DNA of 64,000 nucleotides from a virus: IMG/VR virus record IMGVR_UViG_3300047323_000673, positions 116,808 to 180,807 of that record; one strand, 5' to 3'. Shown piece by piece: positions 63,311 to 64,000 of this stretch (position 1 is its first letter; each line of letters starts with the position of its first letter). The notes under the pieces were generated by a model. It saw only the letters and a program-made list of their open reading frames with translations, ran no database searches and was not told where the DNA came from. The position numbers and the translations under genes were made by a program.

Positions 63311-64000
63311 TTATTCTGTAAATCCAAATGTTTGAATATCGTCTGCACTGAGAATTTTCTTTTCCTTTGTAGGTTTGTAATTATAACCTGCATTCATTAA
63401 TGGAATTTTCTTTACATGTTCATTATAAATATCACGATTATTATGTAAAAATCTTTGTAATCCAACCATTAAGATTGCTAAAACAAGAAATTGTGCTTGA
63501 GCAGTCTCAAGATTTTCCCAAGTTTTTTTATTTAGCATATAAGAGAACTTACGAGGATTTTCAGAGCTATTTAAATTAACTCTCCAAGCAATAATTGTTT
63601 CAAATCTTTCTCTTTCAAGGAAAATAGCTTGTTCAATGATATTAAGCAAGGATTCAAGTAAAGGAATAGGGATTGCTGTAGATTTACCAATAAAGCGAAA
63701 AATATTTTTTTGTTTTTCAGATTTAATAGTTCTCATAACATAAAAAATAGTGAAAGTTGGAACTAATAATGCTGATAAATAAAGTACATCTTTTTCTGTT
63801 ACCCACAAAATGACACCTACCAATGTAATTACAATTGATAATGTTATTAATAAAATAAATAGTGGACTTTTTAAAATAATTTTTTCAATACCAAAAGACC
63901 CTAATTCTTTTCTTAGTGCCTTTTCCATGCGAGAGAAACTTCTCAACATCTCTCTTGCCCAAACTAAGTCGTCCACACTAGCTGTGTTTTGTTCGTCCAT
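63311..64000 (-). CDS. Hypothetical membrane protein
   Basis: Two TM segments; ATG at the window edge, so the start is unverified. Confidence 0.55.
   Translation of the reverse strand: MDEQNTASVDDLVWAREMLRSFSRMEKALRKELGSFGIEKIILKSPLFILLITLSIVITLVGVILWVTEKDVLYLSALLVPTFTIFYVMRTIKSEKQKNIFRFIGKSTAIPIPLLESLLNIIEQAIFLERERFETIIAWRVNLNSSENPRKFSYMLNKKTWENLETAQAQFLVLAILMVGLQRFLHNNRDIYNEHVKKIPLMNAGYNYKPTKEKKILSADDIQTFGFTE

Noticed and set aside
38977-63393. Other short overlapping ORFs (38977, 46499, 48005, 48244, 57021, 57507, 61592, 63157)
   Set aside because: They are antisense or out-of-frame shadows, and several span terminators.
1-64000. Giant eukaryotic virus (NCLDV) origin suggested by the ankyrin/DUF4116/DUF285 content
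   Set aside because: Shine-Dalgarno sites, sigma70 promoters, intrinsic terminators, a ribosome-dependent attenuator, NrtR operators and tmRNA all indicate expression in a bacterial cell.

Overview
A very AT-rich, gene-dense 64-kb window with genes on both strands. It has many sigma70-type promoters (TTGnnn-N17-TATAAT) and a stereotyped family of bidirectional intrinsic terminators. No capsid, terminase, rRNA or core-operon genes are present, so origin cannot be proven. The content fits best with an accessory region of a large (jumbo) phage or similar element of Proteobacteria: free-standing GIY-YIG endonuclease beside an RNA gene, T4 Acb1/gp57B-like 2H protein, GH24-like muramidase, NAD salvage genes, LemA/TPM, photolyase and many orphans. 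A low-GC bacterium cannot be excluded. Main contents: (1) a 12.3-kb tandem array of at least 15 divergent ankyrin-like genes. (2) At least 24 proteins from unrelated families (ankyrin, DUF4116-like, DUF285/BspA-like, DUF1281-like, orphans) that share a C-terminal tail, L-x-x-[ENSD]-L...[KR][KR]xK[VIL]-COOH, a candidate undescribed targeting or export signal and the most striking feature here. (3) A pncB / nadD-like / nrtR module with two matching 21-bp palindromic operators over the -35 boxes. (4) A single-chain PheRS-like gene preceded by an unannotated Phe-rich leader peptide and attenuator. (5) A circularly permuted (two-piece) tmRNA encoding the tag ANDTNYSLAA, followed by a homing-type endonuclease. 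(6) A roughly 235-nt promoter-driven, pseudoknot-rich ncRNA candidate. (7) An RNase HI gene interrupted by a single TGA at a conserved Trp. All family assignments come from motif recognition by eye, not from database searches.
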